Source: Macrostomum lignano
Taxonomy: Eukaryota
DNA: 64,000 nt
NCBI GenBank assembly: GCA_002269645.1
Contig: NIVC01000180.1
Location: 62,001 to 126,000 of the forward strand
Direction of reading: 5' to 3'
Of the stretch, positions 1 to 18,233 are shown piece by piece (positions within the stretch are counted from its first letter, which is position 1; each line of letters starts with the position of its first letter). The notes under the pieces are model-generated. The model was not told the origin of the DNA, did no database searches, and was given only the letters and a program-made list of their open reading frames with translations. The position numbers and the translations under genes are program-made.

Positions 1-428
1 CCGCAAAGTACTTTGTGCACACTCCGAAAGTATACGGTCAAAACAACATGAAGCATCAACCAGCAGCGGTACTGAGGAAATTGCTGAGTGATGTGGATGA
101 GTCACATCAAACTGCGTCTTGTGATGACAGCAAAATATTAGCAAGCTTTTTATACTTGTCATAGAGAATTAGATTAAATATTTCATAGTCAGGAGGTGAG
201 AGCTAACGAGATTTTTCCAACGCCAAAAAAGAAAAAAAGATGGCTTTAGTAGGTTATGCGACATCGACACCAAAAACTGTCTTCCAACGATCTGAGCCGC
301 AAGTCATGGGTGCCCAGCACTGCCTAAACCGATCGGGGTTGAGAAAGTAGAGGAGAAAGTAGACAGACATGAAAGCAGTTTCAGTTTCCGGAACAATGCA
401 TGCACCAATGCCCGGCTCTGCAGGAGAT

Positions 429-974
429 TCAGGCCATGCACACGGCGCAGCAGACCAGCCCGCAGCAGACGCACACCGCGACAACCAGAGTGGCGACGAT
501 GAGCGCCAGCCGGATGAACACCATCACCAGGGCGAACAGATACAGATTCGGGTTGCAGTACTGCGAACTAGAGGAGTCCGCGCTCACGTTGCCGCGCACA
601 TGCAGAACCCAGTACATGCCGATGATCATCCAGATGAAGGCGAACAGAGTCAGGAGGCTGCGGATGCCGGACCAGCACTTCTCACCGGCGCTCTGCTGGT
701 TCATCTCCTCCATGCCGCCCTGCAGCCGGTCGCTTTCGCCGCCTTCGTTTGCCGATGCGTCGCGCGACTTCTTGTGCGTCTTGTGCGCGTCCGAGCCGTT
801 GGTCAGCGCCAGGATCACCCCAACGCCGCCGCTGACAACCAGGTAAATGGGAATGTAGTGCTCTATAGGGCAGCGGTTGAAATACATCGCGCCCATGACG
901 ATCTCGGCTATGCTGAGGCAGAAGGACACGATGGCCAGAAAGGCCATGCAGACCACCATGCAGATGGCGCCCAT
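429..974 (-). CDS. TMEM272-like four-TM membrane protein (181 aa, single coding exon)
   Basis: ATG..TGA ORF with four hydrophobic segments. Motifs AEIVMGAMYFNRCPIEHYIPIYLVVSG and YCNPNLYLFA plus a Cys-rich C-terminus match my recollection of the TMEM272 family. Confidence 0.75.
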   Translation of the reverse strand: MGAICMVVCMAFLAIVSFCLSIAEIVMGAMYFNRCPIEHYIPIYLVVSGGVGVILALTNGSDAHKTHKKSRDASANEGGESDRLQGGMEEMNQQSAGEKCWSGIRSLLTLFAFIWMIIGMYWVLHVRGNVSADSSSSQYCNPNLYLFALVMVFIRLALIVATLVVAVCVCCGLVCCAVCMA

Positions 975-1634
975 TTTTCAGCGCTTGTGGCTTACTCGGA
1001 AAATATTCCAATCTGGTTTTCTCTTCCAGAGAAAAAGCAAAATAATTGTGTCTCTATTGCTTGCGAAGGTCACCTGCTTGCTCGCCTACAAGGTAGTTTA
1101 TAACGCGGTCTTATATCGAGCGAAGCAAATTCATTTAGCGCCAATGTACGCAACTTTGCGAGTGTACAAGTGAGTCCAGAGGGACAGAGAGGTTTATGGC
1201 GGAGTGTAAACAGTGAGTGTCCCACTCGGCGCTGCGGCTGTGCTGTTTTCCAGTGCAGCCAGGCACAATGCAGCCGCGACGGAGCTGCACGCGTTCGGTT
1301 CACGTGTTTCTCGGGGTTGGCGCTGGCAGTTTTGTATCTGAGTGGGGGTAGGGGGGGGGAGCAGCGCTGCGACAGTTGCTCTGGCAGAACTAAGTGAGAC
1401 ATGCATATCATATCTAATAAGGCGTCGAAAGAGAAGCGCTCATAGCAGAGCAACAAGCACACAGTACTTGGGTTGGCGAGATCTCTCTAACGTTTGGTTA
1501 AACAATACTAAACTAGAGCTTCTTTGCTCAGCGGGGCTGGGGATTTCTACAATTTGAAAAATTTCACAGGCATCAGAATACATTGTTTCCTTTTAATTTT
1601 TCTTGTCAAGCAGCTTTTAACTATGGTTTTACTG

Positions 1635-5412
<3,778 letters not shown>

Positions 5413-5413
5413 G

Positions 5414-5679
5414 CAGTTCGTCTACCCCAGCGGTCTTGTTCCCGGCGTCCACGAGGATTTGCTGCGTCGCCGTGGGCTTGCCTGAGCTGCTTTTTGTTCT
5501 GTGAGGGCATTCCGAGGCCTTACCTGACCGCCAAAGGCGCGGCGTTGCTCCAGGCGGTGACGGTGATCGAGACCGTCCTGCTGTACCACGCAGAGACCTG
5601 GACGCTGACGGAGTCGCTCGAGCAACAAGTTGACGCGGCGCACGCTGGCCTGCTGCGCGCCGCCTTCAAGATCGGCTAG
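5414..5679 (+). mobile_element. Degenerate RTE-like non-LTR retrotransposon RT C-terminal fragment
   Basis: Translates to FVYPSGLVPGVHEDLLRRRGLA...VIETVLLYHAETWTLTESLEQQVDAAHAGLLRAAF, resembling the LLYGxETWTLT region of RTE-type RTs. Contains stops and frameshifts. Confidence 0.65.
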
Positions 5680-7385
5680 TGGCTTTGAAATTTGTCGGAA
5701 TTGATTGGAAATTTCGCTGTATGAGCCATAGATAGGAGGACAGAAAAAGCCAATTCATAGCCAACTGTCGGAATTGATTGCAAAATTGTTTGAATTGATT
5801 GCAAAGTGTCGATTTCTCGTGGTAGGTTTGTTTGCTTTGTTTGAAAATTGTCGCTTTTGAAAGCACATTAGTCGGAATTGAATGCCGAGTGAAGACTCCA
5901 GTTTATGGAGTGAACTACCATAAACTGTCTGAATTGAATGAAAAGATTTTGACTTTGATTGCACGCTTGCCAAAATAGAATGGAAAAAGGTGTAGCTTTT
6001 CAAGACCGGACTACCTTAGACAGAGCTTAGCTGCATACGGCCCATAATCTTCTATGCTTGAATAAACTCTGTGCCACTCGAACATTAACGCTAAAGTGCC
6101 GACAGATTCGTTCAAACTACGACACTGGCCTTGAGGCGCGCCCCGTGACGCTAACTGCGTATTGTTGTTCTATTGTTGAGACAGCATTTTAAAGATGGCC
6201 ATTTTCTGGCCTCTGACTTGTTTGATAGCTCCACAGATAGCCTGATATCTATACTTTTTCATTTAGTATATGATTTCTTCCATAGACAATGCTCGAATTG
6301 CCTATGGTATATTGCTAATTGGCAATGACAATTCGAGCATTGTCCATATCAAAAATCATATATATAGACAACTAATCATTGCAAGAGCCGGTTCAGAGAG
6401 TCGCAAATCCCAGGGTTTAATTATTGTTTTAACTATAAAAATTTTTAAACAGTCAAAAGCAAGTACAGTTAGATTTTTTGAGATATTAAAAAGAATTTAC
6501 CAGAATGGTTTTTATTTTTAGAGTTCGTTATAAATCATATATTCTAGTTTTATAAGCCACGTGCTAGGTTTAACTTTCTAAGAAACTGCGACGTTCGTTG
6601 TTTGTCTTGTGAGGTCAGAGGTGATGCTGATAGTACTTTGCCTTTGTCATAATACTATTAGAAGCGGTTATAGAGTAGGCCATAGTATATCCTAGTGTCA
6701 CAGAAACACTGTCTCCGATGACTGATGCTTTAGCCTTCTTTAACTTTACATTCTTATTTACTTAGATTATAGGTAGGCCTAGCTGACTGACTGGATACCC
6801 CTGGCCTTACACACATACAACACAACACAACTGAGCACATCACAGGCCCACCTGCTTGATACAACCATACTATAGTCTAGAAAATTTGTGACATTAAATT
6901 TAAATACTGAATCACCTGATAAACATTTATTAGGCCCCTCAATTTCATAGCATAGGCTGTAGCCTGTAGCTATGGCTAGGTATTACTACTAGGCCTACTC
7001 TATCATAAGTGTAAGTTTAAGAAAGTCATGATAATAGATACAAATATTATTAAACTTTCCAAAAACTTTTTGTGCTTGATTTTTAGGCCCAATCATTGTT
7101 ACTGAGATACTGACAACATATTGGCTTAGGAAGTTAGGACCATTGCATTAGGCTATAGGCCTAGCCCTAAAGATTAGCAAAGTATTTTATTGTTACAAAT
7201 TAACATAATAGGCCTATCAGGCCTGGGCCTATTGCTATAATTAACTTTGGCCTAGCTCTAGCTAGGTTAGCCTTTAGGCTTTGCTTTATTAATAATAAGC
7301 CTACTCACTTAGATCTTTTACCTTTCTTGACTAGGCCCCTAAGTAAATAGACTTGAACTTTAAAGAACAATTAAACCTATAAAGA

Positions 7386-10300
7386 ATGCTCAAGCTTATT
7401 GGAAAGCTAGTAATTCTTCTTTGTTTTGGTTGTTTGGCTGGTTATTGTTTGTTATTATACCTTGATCTTAGGTCATATGCTGTTTTAAAGAATTTTGAGC
7501 TACAAAACAAAAATTCAATATTAGAGAAATATAAAGCATATGAATGGAATTCAAAGAATATTCTTGTATTTCTACAGGTAAGTCAATTTTAATTTTTTTA
7601 TATTAAATCATTTTTTTAAATTAAAAACATATAAAAAGGGATTGTAATTATTTTTTTTAATTATTTGAGTTGGCCTAAAGACAAAGATAGGTCTTAAGTG
7701 GTAGCTAGTGATTTTTTTCCTTAAATCATTTTAGCCACAGAAAATATTGCCTTTTACTAGCTTTAGTATTATGCTAATTTAGCTAGTATAATCTAAATGG
7801 CAAATAGTTAAGACCATCATATATCAAGACTGCCATAAATCTTATTGGCTATTAGAATTGAGAAGCATAAGGGCTCACAGGTACAATTCCTTTCCTCACA
7901 TTGGCAGCCTTGTTTTGCTAGTTCTCCCTACCTTCTTGCATTTTCCTAGGCCTAGTCTAGGTATTGACCAATTTGGCAACAAACAAATTTAGTAACAGAG
8001 ATTCCCTATGGACAAATTTGTCAAAAGCAAATTTGGCAACAATTTCCTAAAATTTGGCAATATAATAATTCTGTATAATCTTATTAACTATTTTGGTACA
8101 ATGGTATTAGATAATACATATTAGCTTTCTTTTTCAATTGAGTTTGTTTCACCCATTTTTTATCTTGAAATTTAATTCAAATGTGTTTTCTAAAAAATGT
8201 TCCTTTATTATTGAAGTCAATGAAGATGTGCAATGCCTTTGATACATTTTTTTATATCAAAGGTCATTTGTGTGGGAGTTAAGTGGCTAGAGTCTTGTAG
8301 CACTTGCCATAGAAGTCTAAGTTTTATATACAACATACATATACAGCAATTATATCAATTGACAGTACTTCTGTTCTTATATACATTTTTCTGCAATGCA
8401 CTTAGTTGACAATGCACACTTTGTATCATACTTAAGTTGAAGTCATGTGTTGTACTATTAACAAAAAGTGTGGGGAGGGTTGGTCTAACAGCAGACAGCT
8501 TATATCTGAAGCCTTAGTTGTAGTCAATAAATCAGACTTAAAAAATACTTGTTGCTAAGTTTGCCTAAATTGTTGCCAATTTGCTTTTGCCAAATTTGTC
8601 TATCTTTAATTTCAATTGCTGAGTTTGTTTATTGCCAAATTTGTATGCACCCCCCCCCCCAGTCCCAAACACTATCCAATAACACATTGAGTCTAATTTC
8701 TCCCATTAGCTCCCCTAAGTGTGGCAGTCTTGGTCCTACACAATCTAGATCATATAGGCCTAGTTTATTCAAGAAATTCCTAGCATAAAATATGAAACCC
8801 AAAATGACCTTGGCATAGTTAGGACCATTTTTACTATATTATTTACTTTTGCTAAGTTCTTATTTTTTCCTTTTAATTTTTTAAATAATAATTTAATCTA
8901 TTCAATGATCTTATTTTAGTTATACCAAATAGCCTTAGATAGTTCTTAGGCCTAAATACACTAGAAAACATACTCTCTCTTTTTTGCTGTAACAGTTTTC
9001 CAAATAAACTTTACCATCTTTAAAAACAGAAATGAAAATAAAAGTTAGGCCTATAAACAAAAAATGCAATAGGAACTTATCCTTATTTACAATAAGTCTA
9101 CAAGCTAATAGAAAGTAGCAAAATAATTTTGATTAAATATAGTTAGACTTCTTTGTTAGGCTTATGACAATGAGATATTTACAATAATAAAACTTAAAGA
9201 AACAAAACTTTTAAAGCATATGGGTCTGTTAATGTTAGTCATTAACTGTATCATTTTATACAATTACTGTAGCCTTTGCTTTAGTTAAAAAAGCAGCATT
9301 ACTATATCCCAATGTACTATAATGAAATTTTATTAGTAACAACAAGGTAGACAAAGTAGACATACTATATTGTCAGTTTTTAGTATATAACTAGCCATTT
9401 AGCCCCCTTCTGGGTGGCTTCTTAGCAGTTTAGCGCTTGTCTATAAGCAGTTTTGCATAGTCGTTAAGCATATCTCACTAATCTCCAAGCAGTTCTGCAG
9501 TAGCAAATCTCTAAGCAGTTGTACACCAATTTTACTGAGACTAAAAAGTTCTAAAAAGTTACATTTCCTTATGTTTGAAACTTTGCAATGTCAATTCATT
9601 TATAGTTCTTTTAATGACTATTCCTTATTTTCAAATTCTTACCAGATTAGCACTATTCTCTCATATTAGCCCTACACCCCCAGATTAGCCCCACTTCCCC
9701 CAGATTAGCATTACTCCCCCCATATTAACTGCACACCCCCATATTAGCCTCTTACCTCCATATTAGCAGCACACCCCCATATTAGCCGCACACCTCCATA
9801 TTAGCTGCACACCCCTATATTAGCCGCACACTCCCAGATTAGCCCCATTTCCCCCAGATTAGCACTGCACCCAGATTAGCACTCAGCCCAGATTAGCACT
9901 CAGCCCAGATTAGCACTCAGCCCAGATTAGCACTTAGTCCAGATTAGCACTCAGCACAGATTAGCCCTCAGCCCAGATTAGCACTCAGCCCAGATTAGCA
10001 CTCAGCACAGATTAGCCCTCAGCCCAGATTAGCACTCAGCACAGATTAGCACTCAGCCCAAATTAGCACTCAGCCCAGATTAGCACCGCTCCACAGATTA
10101 CCGCCGCTTCCCAGATTATTTCCACCTCCCAGAATTGTCCCCTCAGCAAGCTACAATTATTCACAGTTAGATATCCTCCTCAGAAGTCTGCCATTATTAT
10201 CCTAGCAGTCTGCAGCTATCCCCTAGGCAGTTTGCAGCATATGCTCATAAGTCTCGAGAAACTAACTGCCATTCCCCTCAGCAGTCTGCAGTCAATTCAT

Positions 10301-13300
10301 TTGCAGTCAATTCTCATTTATCCCCTCAGCAGTCTGCAGTTCTCTCAGCTGGCCCCTCAGTACTTTATTCTCAGCAAACTGCAATGATCTTTTCAATGAT
10401 TTAAAAATTTGCTCAGCATTTACGATGGCGCACTAATCAATTTTCGATACATATTGGCAGTCTTGCGCAACTCAGCATTTAGCAATACCTCAGCAGTTTA
10501 GCAGCATCGTCTACTGCAATGATCCTTTCAACAATGTAGAAATTAGCTCAGCATTTTATGGCTCACTGATCGATTTTCGATACATATCAGCAATCTTTTG
10601 CACCACTCAGCATTTAGCAATACAGTTTAGCAGCATCATCTGCAGTTTAGTAATTTAATCCCCTGCAGTTTAGTAATATCTACTTCTATAAACCTAGATA
10701 ATAACAATTAATGGGATCTTAGGATTTTACAAATCAAATCAAATTTGCTTAGTGGCTTGTGCAAGTAGCAAAATAAATTATTGTAATTAATAAAAAAATT
10801 TAATTACAATTAATCAAAAAATGTTCAAAATAGTCGAGGCAGAAGCTACTTATGAATGAATTTATTTAATTTTAATTATCCGCTGGGGAGGCGGACTCGA
10901 ACCTTGGACCTTATTGCCTAGCCTAAACCTAGTCCTAGTGCCTACACTGCGGCTATTCCGCCTACTGATCGGAGGGCACAAAGATCAGCAATATATGCTT
11001 CGGCACTGCAGTCAAATACATAGCAGTGATAGGCTGCTCAGTGTGCACAGGTTGTATGCAGGCAGAGCCTATGCACAGTTGAGTGAAATCTATAAATAGC
11101 AATTGTCTATGCAGTCCGCCAGTCAGCCAGGGTCAGAATGTACACACGCAGCCACTGAGCATTATTTTCCTCTCCCTTATTGCAGCCAGTATTAAGGCGT
11201 ACACGGTGAACAGAGAAAAGTTGTGGCGCAATCTTAATTGGAATTGAAATTCAGTTAGTGAGATTTTGACCTTTTGTAGCCTCCCATTGAAAGCATAGGG
11301 AAAACTCGTTTTTCGATTATTTAACCATCTTCCCATTCGAATTTTTTAAATGCAATTACACCCACACAATCTCACAAGAATTTGCAATTGAGTGAAGCAA
11401 GTTTGAAAAAAATCGGTTCAGGCATTCAGGCTATGGACTGGAATACCGGTCAGACAGATCTTAGAGATTTAGTATATTGTGATGATGATGATTGTGAATG
11501 ATGATGATGATTGTGATTGTGATGATGATGATGATGTGACTAGCAATCTAGTGCCCCTGTTAGGATGTCCAAAAAGCAAGGTATGCAAATTATTTATCTG
11601 AATCCTATTTGCCTTGCCATCTTAGAAATCCCCCTTAAGCTATGGACATTTGAGTCTTTGTACCTAACATGCCAAACATTTTTTATCGATACAAGACTAT
11701 TTTGTTTATAAAAAATATTCATTGGCTACAATAAGCTTCTTTATAAACAAATCATTAATCATTTATAACATATGATATAATCATACACTATTCTAATAAC
11801 AACATATAAGTAGCACCTTTATTGCAAGTGCTTAAAATCTTTGTAGTGTTAGAAGACAATCCTTTAATTTAATATATATAAGCATATAGGGTTCCTATAC
11901 ACTCTACCCATGCCCCAGTTTATATATAAGTAAATCAATTAAATAATTAAATAAATAATTTTCTTTTTTAGGCCTTACTATATCAGGAAACATGTTTTTA
12001 TAATAACTCATTTTTTAATTTTGACAAAACTATCAAGACCTCAAAACTCAGTTATGAGCAGACTAATTTGCTTTTCCTAATGCTTTGTATTGGTTAAAAA
12101 AGTTTAGCAGTTAATATACTGATGCAATACTTGCATGTTTGTTTTTATAGATGTTTGACTAGGCCACCAAAGTAATAGTAATATATATGTATAACTGCAA
12201 GATTTATGATTTAATACACATGAATAAAACTTTTAATGGATATGAACTCATACTAATAAGCATTTCGTTAATATCAAATAGAATATTTCATGTACCTTGT
12301 ATAAGATTAATTTATTTAAATAAGCTTTTATTTCATAACCTACATGTATGAATATTGGTACTAATATTAGAAGTGTTAGGAAAATGCATAAGTTACCATT
12401 CCAAATAAAATGTACTCAATAGCCTACTAGTAGTAAAAATACAAGTTTTTAACTAGGCAACACAGTGATCACAAATCAGAAATGCATTACTGCCAACACA
12501 GCTGAGCGACATTCATGTCAGCCTGTTCCGCGACCCGGCCCGCGTGCCCGACCTGCGCCAGTTTCTGGCCAATGAACTGCGGCTCATCCGGCCCGAGCTG
12601 GTGATGGTGTCCGGTGACCTCACCGACGCTAAGCTGCCGGATTTCAAGGCCTCCCGACAGTACGAGGAGGAGTGGAAAATCTACCACGGCCTGCTGCAGG
12701 AGTTCAAGGTCGACGAGGTCACGAAGTGGCTTGATCTGCGCGGCAACCATGGTGACTGCTTTTGACCTTCTTTGTTAGCTGCAGGGATCAAGTCGTGTTA
12801 GCGTTAGGGTTGGTTACAAACTGGTTTTATGTTAGGGTTAAGTTAGGGTTTAGGTTAGGTTAGTTATCGGGTTATGGTTGGGGTTTAGGAATTGGAGTTA
12901 GGCTAGGTTCTTGGGTGAGGTTTTAGGTTAGGTCATCTGGTTATGGTTTAGGTTGGGGTTTAGCTTAGGGTTAGGGTTTAGGTTTAGGTTAGGGTTAAGG
13001 TTTAGGTTAAGGTTTAGGTTAGGGTTAAGGTTTAGGTTAGATTATATGGTTAGGGTTTAGGTTATGATTAAGGTTTAGGTTATGGTTAGGGTTTAGGTTA
13101 GGTTAGGATCTTGATTTAGGTTAGATTTAGGTTCGGCAGTCAAATTGCGGCAGTCAGTAGTCGTAGACCTTTCCTGTTCAATTCAATTGGATAACTAAAA
13201 AGCAATGAATCAGTCACTGACTTCGAGAATGAATTTTTCTGAAAGTATGCACTTTTGACATTGCCTGACTGTTGCTTGTGGCAGGCAGTCCCTCTCCCTA

Positions 13301-16213
13301 ATACCAGGGCCCAACCCAGCCGCGTGCCAACTGGCCAACTAATCCTTAGCCTCCCGCCCGCACCGCAGACGCATTCAACATTTTCTCCCTGGACGCCAGG
13401 CAGAACTTCTTCGCCAAGTACTCGCGCCGCGGCAAGGACAGCCCCAGGTCCTACATGCACACGGTGCGCAAGCCGTTCGGTCAGTACAGCTTCGTGGCGC
13501 TTGACGTGGTGCCGATGCCGGGCCCGAAGCGGCCGTATAACTTTTTTGGATTCTTGGACACGGTGAGACCCCAGTTGCGGTTGGGGATAATTCTCCCTTT
13601 GCTTACCAAATTTGAGTCGAAATTCTAGGTAAGGTAAAAGTACAGCCCGGGGCACATGTGTACACGTAAATTTGTATGTATAATTTTGTTCTGCATATTT
13701 ATCAGCAAGTACTTGTACTGCAAGTCTCAAGCATTCAACACTGTCGAGATGTTCAACGATTCCTTCGGAACGGTCGGATTTTCCGAGTTGTCGAAATTGT
13801 AGGAGGGCTGCGGCCACTGTGGCGCACAGCCTTCGGCGACATCGAAAACCAGCGTCATTGCAATTCTGCTCATTCCGCAGACGCCTAAGTGTAGTAGGGC
13901 ATAGTTTAGGAATGCAAATAGTATTTGCTTTTACGCTACTGATAGTAGTTTTCAGTTGCGGAAGAATTGGTAATTAGGGTGGTTGGGGTTTTACAGGATT
14001 CTTTATAAATAAAGAGCAGTTGGGCTGCAGTCATCCTGTTTTAAGAAAATCTAGCCAAAAAGCATTAAGGTAAAGGGATAATAATTGACCAGCATAGACA
14101 AACATTGACAAGCATATCTGGGAGTCTTGCCCAAAACACAATAAAAAGGAAAAATACTAGGACAGTTTAATGTAAAAACCTTTTGTACACAGTTTAAAAC
14201 CTATCTCCGATGTCCTGTCTTACTTCTTTAATATCTAAGCCCCAGAAATTAGGGACTAACAGGCACCTGGGGGCAGCAAACTACCAAAGTCAAACAAGTT
14301 AAAATGATTGTCTCACCACTGCCGCAGACCGCCATCCTGGATGTGCAGCGCCTCGCTCGCAAAGCTCGGACGAGCAACCACTCGTTCTGGTTCGGCCACT
14401 ACCCGCTGTCGATCATTGTTAGCCAGGGCTTCGATTTGCACAGCTTTCTTGGGTGAGTACTTTTAGAGCTCAACGTATTGATTTTGATTGATGCTGAATT
14501 GGCCTGCTATGCGTGGTTTCTATGGTTGCTATGCGGAGTTTTACGAGCTCGTGTGGCCCGCAGCCGGCACGCCTATTCGTACATGTGCGGCCACCTGCAC
14601 ACCCTGGGCGGCTCCGTGCCCAACATGTACGGCCTGCACCCCGAGGGCTTCCTGGAGCTCGAGCTGGGCGACTGGATGGACAACCGGCTGTACCGCATTG
14701 TTGCCATTGACAACGACGTTGTCAGCTTCCGCGACCTCCGCCTGGGCACCTGGCCCGCTGTGCACGTGACCAGCCCGAAGGACGCCAGGTACCTGCTGCC
14801 GCACAAGGAGCCGGCGGCCTGGCTGAACCGCAGCCTGGAGATCCGCGTGTTGGCCTTCTCGCCCGACGCGATCGCCTTCGTCAAGGTGTGGCTCGACGGC
14901 GGTTACCTTGGCAACGCGACGCCTCAGCCAGGCGTGGGCGTGGCCGGGCTCTACTCGTTGCCATGGAAACCTGGGGCGCATGCCGGCGACCGGCACCGGC
15001 TAGAGGTTCGAGTCCGAGACGCCATCGGCCGTGAGGCCTACGTGGAGCAGGAGTTCTCCATGACAGGTGGGTCACGGAGAGGCAGGTGTGTCACTGAGAG
15101 GTCAGATGGGTCACTGAGAGGTCAGATGGGTCACTAAGAGGTCGGGTGGGTCACTGAGAGGTCAGGTGGGTCACTGAGAGGTCAGGTGGGTCACTGAGAG
15201 GTCAGGTGGGTCACTGAGAGGTCAGGTGGGTTACTGAGAGGTCAGGTGGGTCACTGAGAGGTCAGGTGGGTCACTGAGAGGTCAGGTGGGTCACTGAGAG
15301 GTCAGGTGGGTCACTAAGAGGTCAGGTGGGTCACTAAGAGGTCAGGTGGGTCACTGAGAGGTCAGGTGTGAGGTCAAGTGGGTCACTGAGAGGTCAGGTG
15401 GGTCACTAAGAGGTCAGGTGGGTCACTGAGAGGTCAGGTGGGTCACTGAGAGGTCAGGTGTGAGGTCAAGTGGGTCACTGAGAGGTCAGGTGGGTCACTA
15501 AGAGGTCAGGTGGGTCACTGAGAGTTCAGGTGGGTCACTGAGAGGTCAGGTGGGTCACTGAGAGGTCAGGTGGGTCACTGAGAGGTCAGGTGGGTCACTG
15601 AGAGTTCAGGTGGGTCACTGAGAGTTCAGGTGGGTCACTGAGAGGTCAGGTGGGTCACTGAGAGGTCAGGTGGGTCACTGAGAGGTCAGGTAAGCACCGG
15701 CAGTCTGTCAAGATCCCTCGCCTCCCCTCCCGCCTGAGACAGGCCAGCCGAATTGGCGATTCGGCCGCCTGCAGAACCTCATCCTGCTGGGCGACGTGAC
15801 CAAATTCGTTCGGCTGGTCTTCTACACCACCTGGCTGGCCCTGTTCGCGCCGCTGATCGGCATTCGCGTGGCCAGATATCGATTTGCGGGTAAGTAATTT
15901 GCGCCTGGCCTACCTGTCTGCTGTGAGCAAGATACCTTGATAAGGACAGTAAACCAGACATATTCTCAAACATTAAAACAGATGTGCATCAGATGTTCGT
16001 AGATGGCAGTCAGATTGAAGAAAAAAAGACATACAGACAGACAGACAGGGACAGACAGACAGACAGGGACAGACAGACAGACAGACAGGGACAGACAGAC
16101 AGGGACAGACAGACAGACAGACAGGGACAGACAGACAGACAGAAAGACAGACAGGGACAGACAGACAGACAGACAGACACTGATAGACAGACAGACAGAC
16201 AGACACTGATAGC

Positions 16214-16278
<65 letters not shown>

Positions 16279-16280
16279 CT

Positions 16281-16320
<40 letters not shown>

Positions 16321-16328
16321 CTGATAGC

Positions 16329-16365
<37 letters not shown>

Positions 16366-16373
16366 CTGATAGC

Positions 16374-16418
<45 letters not shown>

Positions 16419-16565
16419 CTGATAGCAGACAGACAGACACTGATAGCAGACAGACAGACAGACAGACAGACAGAAAGACAGACAGACAGACAGACAGACA
16501 CTGATAGACAGACAGTCAGACAGACAGACAGACAGACAGAGACAGAGAGGCAGACAGACAGGCAT

Positions 16566-16620
<55 letters not shown>

Positions 16621-16665
16621 CTGATAGCAGACAGACAGACAGACAGACAGACAGACACTGATAGC

Positions 16666-16706
<41 letters not shown>

Positions 16707-16714
16707 CTGATAGC

Positions 16715-16755
<41 letters not shown>

Positions 16756-16782
16756 CTGATAGCAGACAGACGGACAGACACT

Positions 16783-16842
<60 letters not shown>

Positions 16843-16844
16843 CT

Positions 16845-16896
<52 letters not shown>

Positions 16897-16937
16897 CTGA
16901 TAGCAGACAGACAGACAGACAGACAGACACTGATAGC

Positions 16938-16974
<37 letters not shown>

Positions 16975-17001
16975 CTGATAGCAGACAGACAGACAGACAC
17001 T

Positions 17002-17041
<40 letters not shown>

Positions 17042-17043
17042 CT

Positions 17044-17095
<52 letters not shown>

Positions 17096-17184
17096 TTGAT
17101 AGCAGACAGACAGACAGACACTGATAGCAGACAGACAGACAGACAGACAGACAGACACTGATAGCAGACAGACAGACAGACACT

Positions 17185-17220
<36 letters not shown>

Positions 17221-17233
17221 GTCAGACAGAGAG

Positions 17234-17266
<33 letters not shown>

Positions 17267-17268
17267 CT

Positions 17269-17312
<44 letters not shown>

Positions 17313-17320
17313 CTGATAGC

Positions 17321-17357
<37 letters not shown>

Positions 17358-17365
17358 CTGATAGC

Positions 17366-17398
<33 letters not shown>

Positions 17399-17499
17399 CT
17401 GATAGCAGACAGACAGACAGACAGACAGACAGACACTGATAGCAGACAGACAGACAGACAGACAGACAGACACTGATAGCAGACAGACAGACAGACACT

Positions 17500-17539
<40 letters not shown>

Positions 17540-17541
17540 CT

Positions 17542-17621
<80 letters not shown>

Positions 17622-17629
17622 CTGATAGC

Positions 17630-17666
<37 letters not shown>

Positions 17667-17767
17667 CTGATAGCAGACAGACAGACAGACAGACAGACAG
17701 ACACTGATAGCAGACAGACATACAGACAGACAGACAGACACTGATAGCAGACAGACAGACAGACACT

Positions 17768-17835
<68 letters not shown>

Positions 17836-17843
17836 CTGATAGC

Positions 17844-17880
<37 letters not shown>

Positions 17881-17888
17881 CTGATAGC

Positions 17889-17925
<37 letters not shown>

Positions 17926-17952
17926 CTGATAGCAGACAGACAGACAGACACT

Positions 17953-17996
<44 letters not shown>

Positions 17997-17998
17997 CT

Positions 17999-18050
<52 letters not shown>

Positions 18051-18083
18051 CTGATAGCAGACAGACAGACAGACACTGATAGC

Positions 18084-18120
<37 letters not shown>

Positions 18121-18147
18121 CTGATAGCAGACAGACAGACAGACACT

Positions 18148-18195
<48 letters not shown>

Positions 18196-18197
18196 CT

Positions 18198-18233
<36 letters not shown>

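Noticed and set aside
369-1103. Plus-strand 244-aa and 148-aa ORFs
   Set aside because: Antisense shadows of the GC-rich TMEM272-like CDS with no recognisable motifs.
10881-10965. tRNA-like sequence on the minus strand (GGTTCGAGTCC B-box, A-box-like TAGCCGCAGTG)
   Set aside because: The T-stem and acceptor stem do not pair properly; at most a decayed tRNA/SINE remnant.
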